Origin: an uncultured Candidatus Saccharibacteria bacterium | GTDB taxonomy: Bacteria > Patescibacteriota > Minisyncoccia > Phycocordibacterales > UBA9973 | Direction: 5' to 3' | NCBI GenBank assembly: GCA_964366465.1 | Contig: CAYITR010000001.1 | Span: 1-41,145, forward strand | Length of the DNA stretch: 41,145 nucleotides | Shown: one piece after another, positions 9,229-17,200 of the stretch | Layout of the letters: every line of letters begins with the position of its first letter | Position numbering within the stretch: the first letter of the stretch is position 1 | Translations under genes and position numbers: made by a program | The notes under the pieces: generated by a model | Seen by the model: the letters and a program-made list of their open reading frames with translations, nothing else | Databases searched by the model: none | Told to the model about the DNA's origin: nothing

Positions 9229-9267
9229 GATGTTGTGGGGGGTCTATACTAGCACCCCCAATGACCT

Positions 9268-9597
9268 CTACTTCGCGAGAAGGGCGGGGCTGTCCCCGGG
9301 GAAGAAAACGTTTCTGAGAGGGAACCAGAGCACCCGCACTCGGCGATGGAAGACGAGGCGCTTAACCTCGCGGTCATCGCCACGACCCCGGGTCATCCCC
9401 CAGAGAACGGGGTAGATCGCCCGAAGTTCCTTCGGATAGGTCTCAGGGTGGTCGATCCACCCCCGGACCAGCGACGACTCGAGGGTGGTCTTGAACGCCT
9501 CGGGCTTCTCCTTACGGAGAAGGGCCTCAAGGGCGTGGCCACCGATGGTCATGCTCCCCTGCCAGGGAAAGAGGAAGAGCTCGTAGCCCCCCGTCAT
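9268..9597 (-). CDS. Hypothetical 109-aa protein encoded in a GC-rich island
   Basis: Strong SD GGAGGA 7 nt before the ATG. Roughly four-fifths of third codon positions are G/C by my count, in an otherwise AT-rich genome. It has its own promoter and terminator. I recognise no motif (MTGGYELFLFPWQGSMTIGGHALEALL...). Confidence 0.55.
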   Translation of the reverse strand: MTGGYELFLFPWQGSMTIGGHALEALLRKEKPEAFKTTLESSLVRGWIDHPETYPKELRAIYPVLWGMTRGRGDDREVKRLVFHRRVRVLWFPLRNVFFPGDSPALLAK

Positions 9598-9733
9598 GGC
9601 ATCATCCTCCTTTTCTGTCTTTGTCGTTCAAGCTAACCCGTGAATGGGTTTCGCCACAGCGGAGAAATCCCGATTGATTACGGGAGCTTTCTGCTATGGC
9701 GAAATTCTCAACTTTATTTGAAAGAACTTATAT
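9598..9733 (-). promoter_or_regulatory. Structured 5' UTR of the GC-rich cassette
   Basis: 11-bp stem TTCGCCATAGC / GCTGTGGCGAA (plus 9650-9660 and 9693-9703) encloses the nested hairpin AGAAAgctCCCGtaatcaatCGGGaTTTCT. A second hairpin AACCCgtgaatGGGTT lies at 9635-9650. Confidence 0.5.
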
Positions 9734-9739
9734 CTGTGT

Positions 9740-9768
9740 ATTATACACCCTTTTAGGGCAAAAGTCAA
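9740..9768 (-). promoter_or_regulatory. Near-consensus sigma70-type promoter (TTGACT-17-TATAAT)
   Basis: Minus strand reads cacTTGACTtttgccctaaaagggtgTATAATacacag. The -35 is plus 9763-9768 and the -10 is plus 9740-9745, with an exact 17-nt spacer. Confidence 0.7.
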
Positions 9769-9804
9769 GTGTAAAAAGTAGTCAAAAAAGATATACTACG
9801 CTTG

Positions 9805-12285
9805 ATGAAAATACGAAAACAGCCAAGCGTCCGATTGTCTAAAAATGTGATCCCGAAAAGCTATGAAATACAGCTTCGACCGGATCTGGAGAACTTCACT
9901 TTTGAAGGAGTAGAAACCATCCATTCTAGTATTTTGCAAAAGACTAGAACAATAACTCTGCATTCTAAAGAATTAGAAATTGAGACTGCGGAAGTCGGAC
10001 TTCCGCACGAGAAAATGTTTGCAAAGATTAATTACGATATAAAATCCGAGACAGCAACTTTTACATTCCCGAAAATTATTCAAAAAGGAGAAATAAAACT
10101 TACTTTAGTTTTCAAAGGCATACTAAATGACAAAATGCGGGGCTTCTATAAAAGCTCTTACATTTTCGACGGCAAAGTTCACCACATTGCCACCACTCAA
10201 TTTGAAGCCACAGACGCTCGCCGAGCTTTCCCCTGCTTTGACGAGCCAGCGCAGAAAGCAGTGTTCCACTTGTCGCTAATTGTACCGAAAGGCAAAAGCG
10301 TTATCTCAAATACCTTGCCCGTCTCAACCCTAAAACATGAAGCGGGTTACGAAGTTGTCAAATTCGCACCTACACCAAAGATGTCCACCTACCTCCTCGC
10401 ATTTATCGTCGGCGACTTCGAATACATCGAGAAGAGAACAAATCGTGGCGTCATCGTCCGCGTTCACACCACGGCCGGTAAGAAACACCAGGCGAAGTTT
10501 GCCCTCGACTCTGCGGTAGAAATTTTAGAATTCTATGAGAAATATTTCGACATCCCCTACCCACTCAACACTCTCGACATGATTGCCATTCCAGACTTTC
10601 AAGCTGGGGCGATGGAGAACTGGGGCGCCATAACTTATCGCGAGTCCGCACTCTTGGTGGACGACAATCATTCTTCCGCTTCCAACAAGCAATGGGTGGC
10701 GCTAGTCATCGCCCATGAGATAGCTCACCAGTGGTTCGGCAACTTGGTGACCATGGAATGGTGGACGCATTTGTGGCTCAATGAAGGCTTCGCTTCTTAC
10801 ATAGAATATTTGGCGATAGATAAACTTTTTCCAAAGTGGGACATCTGGACCCAATTCTGCACGAATGATCTCGGAGTTGCGCTCCGTTTAGATTCATTAC
10901 AAAGCACTCATCCGATAGAAATACCCGTGCATCATCCGGATGAAATTGGGGAAATTTTTGATGAAGTATCATACTCCAAGGGTGCTTCGATAATCCGCAT
11001 GCTCGCCAGTTATTTAGGTGAAAAAGATTTTCGCGACGGTTTGCGATATTATCTAAAAAAACACAGTTACAAAAACACCGAGACCCTCCACCTCTGGCAA
11101 GCATTTGAAAAAGTCTCGTGTAAGCCCGTGGTTAAAATGATGCGAACCTGGACATCAAAACCCGGCTACCCTGTAGTTAAGTTGAAAGTGGAAAGTGGAA
11201 AGTTAAAAGTCACTCAAGAAAGATTTTTTAGTAATCCTGTTTCAAAAAATAAAATAAAAGATAACACAAAATGGGAATTCCCTTTGAATTTCAAAAATAA
11301 CAAAGTAAACTTCGGTGAGGCGGGATTTTTCCGAACTGCTTATTCTAAAGAATTATTAGAGAAACTTCGCGAGCCTATTTTGAATAAAAAGTTGAGCTCG
11401 CGCGACAGGCTCGGCATCATCCGCGACCTTTTTGCCTTATCTGAAGCCGGCATAGTGCCCACTACCGATGCCCTTTCATTCTTGTCCGCATATAGAAACG
11501 AAGACAACTATACCGTCTGGCTCGAGATAGCGGGAGGCTTGGCTCGGCTAGAGCAACTCTTCCCCGAAGACGGTCTTCGGGGAAAATTAAATCAGCTTAC
11601 ATTGCAATTATTCTCGCCACTGTGCACCACTTTGGGCTGGGAAAAGAAAGCAGATGAGCCTCACACCGACACCTTACTTCGCTCGCTCGCCATCTCACGC
11701 GCAGGTCGTGCTGGTGATAAGAAAATAATTGTTAAAGCAAAAGCAAAGTTCGCCTCAAAGAATGTTCCCCCCGACATCCGCGGAGCTGTCTACGGCATAG
11801 TTGCTACACACGGTGGTCTGAAAAAATTCCGTGAATTTACCGCTAGGTACAAGAAAGAAACTTTGCATGAAGAAAAAAATCGCCTTGGTGGTATATTGGG
11901 AGATTTCAAAAATCCAAAAATTCTCAAACAAGTTTGCGAATTCGCTGTTTCTAAGCACGTCCGCCCGCAAGACACCATAGGCATCATCTCTGGAGTCGGG
12001 GTGAACCCCAACGGACGCGACATCTGGCTCGACTTTGTTATGAAAAATTGGAAAATGTTGGTCTCGCGCTACGGCGACGGCGGGCACACCCTCGCCCGAC
12101 TAGTGAAAGCCATAAGTGGAAGCGCAGAGGAAAAGCATCTTAGAATTTTCAAGCAATTCTTCACCGCCAATGAAGCCCCTGGAGCCAAAAGAAGCATCGA
12201 GCAAGTCCTCGAGCGACTCGAAGGCAACATCGCTTGGAGAAAAAGAGATGCGAAAATTATTGACGAATTTCTAAAAAAAATTTAA
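9805..12285 (+). CDS. pepN: Aminopeptidase N family (M1 zinc metallopeptidase)
   Basis: GAMENWG exopeptidase motif and HEIAHQWFGNLVTMEWWTHLWLNEGFA (HEXXH-x18-E). I prefer ATG 9805 over the track's TTG 9802. TATACT at 9792-9797 lies 7 nt upstream. Confidence 0.9.
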   Translation: MKIRKQPSVRLSKNVIPKSYEIQLRPDLENFTFEGVETIHSSILQKTRTITLHSKELEIETAEVGLPHEKMFAKINYDIKSETATFTFPKIIQKGEIKLTLVFKGILNDKMRGFYKSSYIFDGKVHHIATTQFEATDARRAFPCFDEPAQKAVFHLSLIVPKGKSVISNTLPVSTLKHEAGYEVVKFAPTPKMSTYLLAFIVGDFEYIEKRTNRGVIVRVHTTAGKKHQAKFALDSAVEILEFYEKYFDIPYPLNTLDMIAIPDFQAGAMENWGAITYRESALLVDDNHSSASNKQWVALVIAHEIAHQWFGNLVTMEWWTHLWLNEGFASYIEYLAIDKLFPKWDIWTQFCTNDLGVALRLDSLQSTHPIEIPVHHPDEIGEIFDEVSYSKGASIIRMLASYLGEKDFRDGLRYYLKKHSYKNTETLHLWQAFEKVSCKPVVKMMRTWTSKPGYPVVKLKVESGKLKVTQERFFSNPVSKNKIKDNTKWEFPLNFKNNKVNFGEAGFFRTAYSKELLEKLREPILNKKLSSRDRLGIIRDLFALSEAGIVPTTDALSFLSAYRNEDNYTVWLEIAGGLARLEQLFPEDGLRGKLNQLTLQLFSPLCTTLGWEKKADEPHTDTLLRSLAISRAGRAGDKKIIVKAKAKFASKNVPPDIRGAVYGIVATHGGLKKFREFTARYKKETLHEEKNRLGGILGDFKNPKILKQVCEFAVSKHVRPQDTIGIISGVGVNPNGRDIWLDFVMKNWKMLVSRYGDGGHTLARLVKAISGSAEEKHLRIFKQFFTANEAPGAKRSIEQVLERLEGNIAWRKRDAKIIDEFLKKI

Positions 12286-12292
12286 TAAAAAT

Positions 12293-13228
12293 TTACCTCC
12301 ATTCAAAGTTTCCTCCGAAATGCCCCCACTTGCATGTGTCGGCAAATTTCACTTCATCTAGTTTTAAGTATTCTCGAATTCCTTTCGGACTCAAATTATA
12401 CCCCGCTATTTCTTCCTCGACACCGTCCACCACAGCCACAGCCATAACGGGCTCGCTCTTGCCGATAGCGTAGGCAAGCTTAGTATAAACTTCTTTAGCC
12501 TTACGCTTCTCTAGGAGCTCCACGGCAATCCTGCGAGCCATGTAGGCGCCAGATCTATCCACTTTAGTATAATCTTTGCCCGAAAAGGATCCGCCTCCAA
12601 TAGGCACTTCTGGGCCATAATTATCAACGATTAATTTCCTGCCCGAGAGGCCAGTATCGGCATCAAACCCGCCCATAGTCCACTCACCTGCCGGGTTAAT
12701 AAGATACTCGTTCGCCTGAATTAAACTCTGCACAAGTTTCAAAAGTTCTGCATTTTTTGTATTTTGGAAACTGGCCACCACTGTTTTCACAATGCCCCCT
12801 TCTACCGTCACTTGAGTCTTCCCATCGTATGGATACACTGCGTAAATTTTCTTACAAAGGTCACGAGCCAACATATATTCGAGCGGTAAATATTCTTTAG
12901 TCTCGGATGTGGCATAGCCTTTCATAATTCCCTGGTCTCCCGCGCCACCAGTATCTACCCCACGCGCAATTTCCGGACTCTGTAAAACAATATTGGAAAT
13001 AATTTTATAATCTTGCCCAACAATATTTTTTACCAAAGATTCAATGTCGGGTTTAGCCAGAGAAGTCACCTCGCCATTTATGGTAATTAAATTGTGTCCA
13101 CCCATCACTTCCACCGCCACTCGGCTTTTTTTGTCGCCTGCAAGATACACGTCTAAAATACTGTCAGCAATAAAATCGCACCTTTTGTCCGGATGTCCGG
13201 GGCTCACAAATTCCGCTGTTTTTATCAT
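12293..13228 (-). CDS. metK: S-adenosylmethionine synthetase
   Basis: Motifs GHPDKRCD, GAGDQG, DGKTQVTV and GGGSFSGKDYTKVDRSGAYMARR. Start moved to ATG 13228 (MIKTAEFVSPGHPDK) because the track ORF's N-terminal 40 codons overlie the SAM riboswitch and its terminator. Confidence 0.9.
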   Translation of the reverse strand: MIKTAEFVSPGHPDKRCDFIADSILDVYLAGDKKSRVAVEVMGGHNLITINGEVTSLAKPDIESLVKNIVGQDYKIISNIVLQSPEIARGVDTGGAGDQGIMKGYATSETKEYLPLEYMLARDLCKKIYAVYPYDGKTQVTVEGGIVKTVVASFQNTKNAELLKLVQSLIQANEYLINPAGEWTMGGFDADTGLSGRKLIVDNYGPEVPIGGGSFSGKDYTKVDRSGAYMARRIAVELLEKRKAKEVYTKLAYAIGKSEPVMAVAVVDGVEEEIAGYNLSPKGIREYLKLDEVKFADTCKWGHFGGNFEWR

Positions 13229-13249
13229 AATGTTTTTAAAAATTAAAAC

Positions 13250-13380
13250 AAAAAAACCTGCCGATGCAGGAATGATATAGACTAAGTATCTTCCCCACAA
13301 AGGGCTGGATTTGGCACCTACTTTTTTAAAGGGTTGCCGGTGGTTCATTGAGCCAGTGCTCTCCCCACACTCTCGATAAT
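13250..13380 (-). promoter_or_regulatory. SAM-I (S-box) riboswitch with terminator, upstream of metK
   Basis: Minus strand reads TTATCGAGAGTGTGGGGAGAGCACTGGCTCAATGAACCACCGGCAACCC..GTAGGTGCCAAATCCAGCCC..GGGGAAGATA. This matches the S-box core (UUAUCaAGAG..GAGGGAcUGGCCCgAUGAAaCCcGGCAACC..GGUGCCAAuUCCagC..GAaAGAUa). It is followed by CCTGCatcgGCAGG plus T7. Confidence 0.85.
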
Positions 13381-13450
13381 ATATTTAATTGTATAAACAT
13401 TATACCACACACAAAACACCACAAAAAATAGTTTTCCACACCTATTCCAA

Positions 13451-13490
13451 CTACTTTACTTGACTAAAGTACTTTACTTTGATAAAGTAG
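13451..13490 (+). promoter_or_regulatory. Promoter/operator module of the yerC-like gene (TTGACT-17-TGATAAAGT) built from TACTTT/AAAGTA inverted repeats
   Basis: CTACTTTACTTGACTAAAGTACTTTACTTTGATAAAGTAG. -35 TTGACT (13460-13465), 17-nt spacer, extended -10 TGaTAAAGT (13480-13488), then 7 nt to ATG 13496. Confidence 0.6.
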
Positions 13491-13495
13491 CCGAT

Positions 13496-13882
13496 ATGAG
13501 TAAAGGAATGAACAAAAATACAAAGGTGGAAACTGTGCGAGCCATTGGCCGGCAGGTCAATTGGAGCTCTGTGGCCAACAGGCGCCTAGTAGAAGCCGTG
13601 CTTGCCTTGCGCACCAAGGACGAAGCCGAGCGCTTCTTGCGCGACCTTATGACAGAAAGCGAGATCAAAGAATTTGCAGACCGTCTCGAAGCTGCTTCCC
13701 TTTTATATAAAGATGTTCAATACAACGCCATTGAAGAATCGGTCAAGCTGTCTTCGACCACAGTCGCCCGCATTGCCAAATGGCTTAACGGCCCTCTCGG
13801 TGGCTACCGACTAATACTTAAAAGAATTTCTCACCATAACAACTCTTCCTCGTTTGGGAAAGGGTTGCGTTCGGCTTCGTAA
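13496..13882 (+). CDS. TrpR-related YerC/YecD-family DNA-binding protein
   Basis: EAVLALRTKDEAERFLRDLMTESEIKEFADRLEAASLL..SVKLSSTTVARIAKWL fits the YerC/YecD (Trp repressor fold) pattern, with an HTH near STTVARI. Start moved from the track's TTG 13460 to ATG 13496 on promoter geometry. Confidence 0.7.
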   Translation: MSKGMNKNTKVETVRAIGRQVNWSSVANRRLVEAVLALRTKDEAERFLRDLMTESEIKEFADRLEAASLLYKDVQYNAIEESVKLSSTTVARIAKWLNGPLGGYRLILKRISHHNNSSSFGKGLRSAS

Positions 13883-13898
13883 TTTATTTTTCGAATCC

Positions 13899-13926
13899 AA
13901 CCCCTTCCCTGACGGGAAGGGGTTTT
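13899..13926 (+). terminator. Intrinsic terminator after the yerC-like gene
   Basis: CCCCTTCCC tgac GGGAAGGGG followed by TTTT. Confidence 0.75.
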
Positions 13927-13967
13927 GCGTTTCCGCAAGCCCTTTGTTCTTTAGAGGGAATACGAAC

Positions 13968-14507
13968 ATGTTGAATGTGTTTCTGGTTGGCAAGCTCATC
14001 AACCTCGTTGTGCTGGAAGGCACCGAAGCCATTGCGAAGATTATGGCATTTCGCAACGACCCGAAGCTTGGTTGCTTCATCGGCCGAACCTTCCCATTCA
14101 CGACCGAGCGGACAGTCGAGGACATCAATGGCAAGGACAAGGTGTTCCTCGGTATCGCGCAGGGTGAAGAGATCATCGGATTCATCACCCTCCGGAACAT
14201 CAACCTAATCAACGGCACTGCCAAGATGACGACATTCATCGGGGCCGAACAGAATCTCGGTAAGGGTGTCGGGAGAGAAGCTCACGAACTCATGCTCCAG
14301 TATGCGTTCAACACGCTCAACCTCCGAAAAATTAGTGCCGCCATCTTCGCCTTCAACAAGCGAAGCATCCGTTGCCTCGAAAAGAGCGGTTTTCGGCGGG
14401 AAGGTGTTCTGGAAAGGGAGTACTTTGTGAACGGAGAATTTCACGACGACATTCTGTTCCGGCTCTTCAGGGAGGAGTGGCTCGCTCGCCATGCCACCCT
14501 CGACTAG
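13968..14507 (+). CDS. GNAT-family N-acetyltransferase (RimJ/RimL-like)
   Basis: IGFITLRNINLINGTAKMTTFIGAEQNLGKGVGREAHELMLQYAF..LRKISAAIFAFNKRSIRCLEKSGFRREGVLRE is a typical GNAT core (Q/RxxGxG/A-like GKGVG). Start at ATG 13968 after GAGGGA. Visibly GC-richer than its neighbours. Confidence 0.8.
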   Translation: MLNVFLVGKLINLVVLEGTEAIAKIMAFRNDPKLGCFIGRTFPFTTERTVEDINGKDKVFLGIAQGEEIIGFITLRNINLINGTAKMTTFIGAEQNLGKGVGREAHELMLQYAFNTLNLRKISAAIFAFNKRSIRCLEKSGFRREGVLEREYFVNGEFHDDILFRLFREEWLARHATLD

Positions 14508-14592
14508 GTTTTGCGAGTAAGAATCTGTGCTGGTCGTCCAACAATGAGCCGACGACCAGCATCCTTTCTTCCTTACAAGGAAGATAAAAATC

Positions 14593-15339
14593 ATGAAAAA
14601 AATTAATGAAAATAAAAAGTTTTTGATTATTGTCGCCACGCATGGCGACGAGACTTTTAGTTTGCCGATTGTTAATAAAATTAAGAAAAGATTTCGAAAT
14701 AAATTTGATTTTATTATTGGTAACCCAAATGCACTAAAAGAAAATAAAAGATTTATTGATGTTGATTTGAACCGTGTTGCCCCCGGAAAAGAAAAATCAC
14801 CGTTGTATGAAGAAAAAAGAGCCAAGGAAATCATAGAGAAGTCAGAAAATTATTCTTTCATTATAGACATCCACGGCACAATTTCTTCTTCGGGGATTTT
14901 CACTATTGTCACGAATCCAACACCGAAAAATATGTTTTTGGCTTACTCTTTGCCGATTAAAAAAATAGTAATTTGGGGAAGCAAAAATAACAGCAGAGAT
15001 ACGGGCCCACTTTCTCGTTTTGTGAATTGTGGAGTTGGTATTGAATGCGGACCAAAAAATAGTATCAACATTCAGAAAAAATTTGAAGCTATCTTGAATA
15101 CTTTTTTGTCTCAGAAAAACAAAATCCCAGATAATGACAAAGAACTTTACCAAGTTTTCGGGTCTGTAAAAAAAGAAGAATTAAAAAACACGAAAATAAA
15201 ATTGAAGGATTTTAAGAAAGTAAGTTTAAATGATCAACCTTTTTTCCCATTGTTGGTTAATCAATACAGGAGTGATGGCATTGTTTGCTACAAATTAAGA
15301 GAAGTCGATTTTTATCAAAAGTTTAGTTTTCCTTATTAA
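14593..15339 (+). CDS. Succinylglutamate desuccinylase/aspartoacylase (AstE/AspA) family zinc hydrolase
   Basis: ATHGDE (HGxE zinc site), GNPNALKENKRFIDVDLNRVAPG (N.A...R..D.DLNR.fPG) and IIDIHGT motifs. Confidence 0.7.
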   Translation: MKKINENKKFLIIVATHGDETFSLPIVNKIKKRFRNKFDFIIGNPNALKENKRFIDVDLNRVAPGKEKSPLYEEKRAKEIIEKSENYSFIIDIHGTISSSGIFTIVTNPTPKNMFLAYSLPIKKIVIWGSKNNSRDTGPLSRFVNCGVGIECGPKNSINIQKKFEAILNTFLSQKNKIPDNDKELYQVFGSVKKEELKNTKIKLKDFKKVSLNDQPFFPLLVNQYRSDGIVCYKLREVDFYQKFSFPY

Positions 15340-15341
15340 TT

Positions 15342-15878
15342 ATGAAAAAACTACAAATAGGAGTGTTGGGTTGGGCAGGAAAAGAAGAGTATCCCATGGG
15401 AAGCGGGCCAACAAAAAATGAGCTAAAAACAGCTAAGGATGTGGGCTCTTTACTAGCAAAAGCGGGAGTAATCATTGTAACTGGTGGAAAAGGTGGAATT
15501 ATGGAGTATGCGGCTCAGGGTGCAAAAGAAAATGATGGCACTACTGTTGGAGTAATTACTGGACCAAGAAAAACATCAAACAAATGGACGGATATAGAAA
15601 TAGTTACTGGTTCTAAAATTGCTGGTCTTGATGAAGTATTTATTCCCTTAATGTGTGATGCAGTTATCGTTGTTGGTGGCGGAGCGGGAACTCTCCAAGA
15701 AATATGCGTGGCCTATAGAAATAAAATACCAATTATTATTATGGAAAATACTTTTGGCTGGGCTTCTAAGATACTAAAGGAAAAGTATCTTGATTCAAGA
15801 AAAACTGTGAAAATTATTTCAGCAAAAAATCCTAAAGATGCAGTAGAAAAAGCAATCGAGCAATCAAAAATAAGATGA
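15342..15878 (+). CDS. TIGR00725/LOG-like (SLOG fold) protein
   Basis: 178 aa. GVIIVTGGKGGIMEYAAQGA and DAVIVVGGGAGTLQEI are the paired Rossmann-like glycine loops typical of the lysine-decarboxylase-like/LOG family. Confidence 0.65.
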   Translation: MKKLQIGVLGWAGKEEYPMGSGPTKNELKTAKDVGSLLAKAGVIIVTGGKGGIMEYAAQGAKENDGTTVGVITGPRKTSNKWTDIEIVTGSKIAGLDEVFIPLMCDAVIVVGGGAGTLQEICVAYRNKIPIIIMENTFGWASKILKEKYLDSRKTVKIISAKNPKDAVEKAIEQSKIR

Positions 15879-15994
15879 AAGAGATAATTTACAAAACTAC
15901 ACATCACAGGGCCTCTTTGTTCATAGAGAGAGGTTAATTTTTCTTTTTTAATTTATAAAAGGACACTTATCCCCTCTCTAGGAGGGAGGTGGTT

Positions 15995-16666
15995 ATGTTC
16001 TTTAAGGAAGAGGTGGTCACCAATGGTCGGGTGATCCTCCTCGACGAACCTCTCTCGGAGAATGAGAGGCGGGCCGTCTGTGAATTGGAAACTGCAGACG
16101 GCCAAGAGATCGTGTTACTCGAGGATATCCGGCTCGCCACTGAGTTGGAGAAAATCCTTGAGCCCCTCGCTGCCCCTGGGACACTTTTCGTGTTCCCTGG
16201 GAACGGCGCGAACTTTCCCCGCCGGTTTTCGTCAATCTGCCAGCGAGCACTCTGCGTAAGTGTCCACGCCAAGCGCTTCTGGGTTCCCGGAGAGGATCCA
16301 GAAGTGTCCGTAGGACTGATCTGTCCTGAGTGTTTTCTTTTGCTCGGGATAAAGAATGTCGTCGTCGTGGACGACGTGATCAGTTCAGGTCGCACCATGC
16401 GCGACCTTTATAAAAAGAACGCATGGAGAATTCCGGGCGCGCGATGGCGAACGTGCGCTTGGGTTTCGCAACTACTTCCTTCAGGGGGTAGTATCCGTGG
16501 GTACCACGATGTCTCCACGGCGTGCTTGGTGAGGAAGGTGAAGGGCACCCAGAAGGTGCCAATCAACTCCCTGAGCACCCTGCGAAAGAATCCCGAGATT
16601 GCTACAAGCTACGCTCGTCGGCATTTTCGGGAACCCGAGGAGTTTCTCCGAATCCTCGGGCACTAA
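15995..16666 (+). CDS. Phosphoribosyltransferase-domain protein (type I PRT fold), GC-rich island
   Basis: PRPP-binding loop VVVVDDVISSGRTMRDL. SD GGAGGGAGG upstream of ATG 15995. Own terminator. The N-terminal half matches no family I recognise. Confidence 0.65.
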   Translation: MFFKEEVVTNGRVILLDEPLSENERRAVCELETADGQEIVLLEDIRLATELEKILEPLAAPGTLFVFPGNGANFPRRFSSICQRALCVSVHAKRFWVPGEDPEVSVGLICPECFLLLGIKNVVVVDDVISSGRTMRDLYKKNAWRIPGARWRTCAWVSQLLPSGGSIRGYHDVSTACLVRKVKGTQKVPINSLSTLRKNPEIATSYARRHFREPEEFLRILGH

Positions 16667-16671
16667 TCACT

Positions 16672-16716
16672 GGGCGATGTTCGTTGGAATACACGAACAC
16701 CGCCCTTTTGTTTTTT
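16672..16716 (+). terminator. Intrinsic terminator after the PRTase gene
   Basis: GGGCGatGTTCG..CGAACacCGCCC followed by TTTTGTTTTTT. Confidence 0.75.
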
Positions 16717-16735
16717 ATTTACTTTACAAAACTAA

Positions 16736-16761
16736 AGTTACTTTACTTAAGTAAAGTAACT
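16736..16761. repeat. Perfect 26-bp palindrome related to the TACTTT/AAAGTA module
   Basis: AGTTACTTTACTTAAGTAAAGTAACT equals its own reverse complement. It lies between convergent genes. Two copies of TTACGTAA (16778-16785 and 16790-16797) follow and can form an 8-bp hairpin overlapping the downstream stop codon. Confidence 0.8.
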
Positions 16762-16789
16762 GAGGGTATGTATTTAATTACGTAATGAA

Positions 16790-17158
16790 TTACGTAACTC
16801 GATTGGCGTCGATTTTGGCGGCGAGGATGAAGTCGTTTTCGGAAAGTCCGCCTACGGCGTGGGTGGAGAGTTCAAGTGTAACTTTGTTGTAATTTATTTT
16901 GATGTCTGGATGGTGGCCTTCGGATTCAGCGAGCTCGGCAATGTTGTTCACGAAGTTGATAGCCCCGATGAAATCTTTAAATTTATATTCTTTCGAAATC
17001 TTTGCCCCCATGCCGGTTTTGTTTAAGTTCGGATTTGATTCTTCAGAGAGATTCCAGCCAGAAACCTCGCCCATCAATCCTGCAATTTCCTCGTGTGAAA
17101 GCGGTGGTACTCCCCCTTCGCACGGCACACATTTTTTGTTTAATAAATCATTACTCAT
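16790..17158 (-). CDS. Pterin-4a-carbinolamine dehydratase
   Basis: 122 aa with the family signature AESEGHHPDIKINYNKVTLELSTH. Confidence 0.85.
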   Translation of the reverse strand: MSNDLLNKKCVPCEGGVPPLSHEEIAGLMGEVSGWNLSEESNPNLNKTGMGAKISKEYKFKDFIGAINFVNNIAELAESEGHHPDIKINYNKVTLELSTHAVGGLSENDFILAAKIDANRVT

Positions 17159-17200
17159 ATTTATGTTGTATATTCTAACATTATTTTATACAATAGCGAT

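Noticed and set aside
9173-9636. Plus-strand ORFs 9173..9415 and 9346..9636 inside the GC-rich island
   Set aside because: High GC suppresses stop codons in all frames. These ORFs lack an SD or promoter and have low-complexity Pro/Arg/Gly composition. The minus-strand ORF has the SD, GC3 skew, promoter and terminator.
13229-13348. N-terminal 40-codon extension of the metK track ORF (MNHRQPFKKVGAKS...)
   Set aside because: It overlies the SAM-I riboswitch aptamer and its terminator. The conserved MetK sequence starts at MIKTAEFVSPGHPDK (ATG 13228).
14205-14834. 209-aa minus-strand ORF spanning the GNAT 3' end and the AstE-like 5' end, and similar ORFs at 15967..16398 and 16017..16663
   Set aside because: They are antisense to genes with clear family motifs (GNAT, AstE/AspA, PRTase). 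The sequences look like shadow translations.
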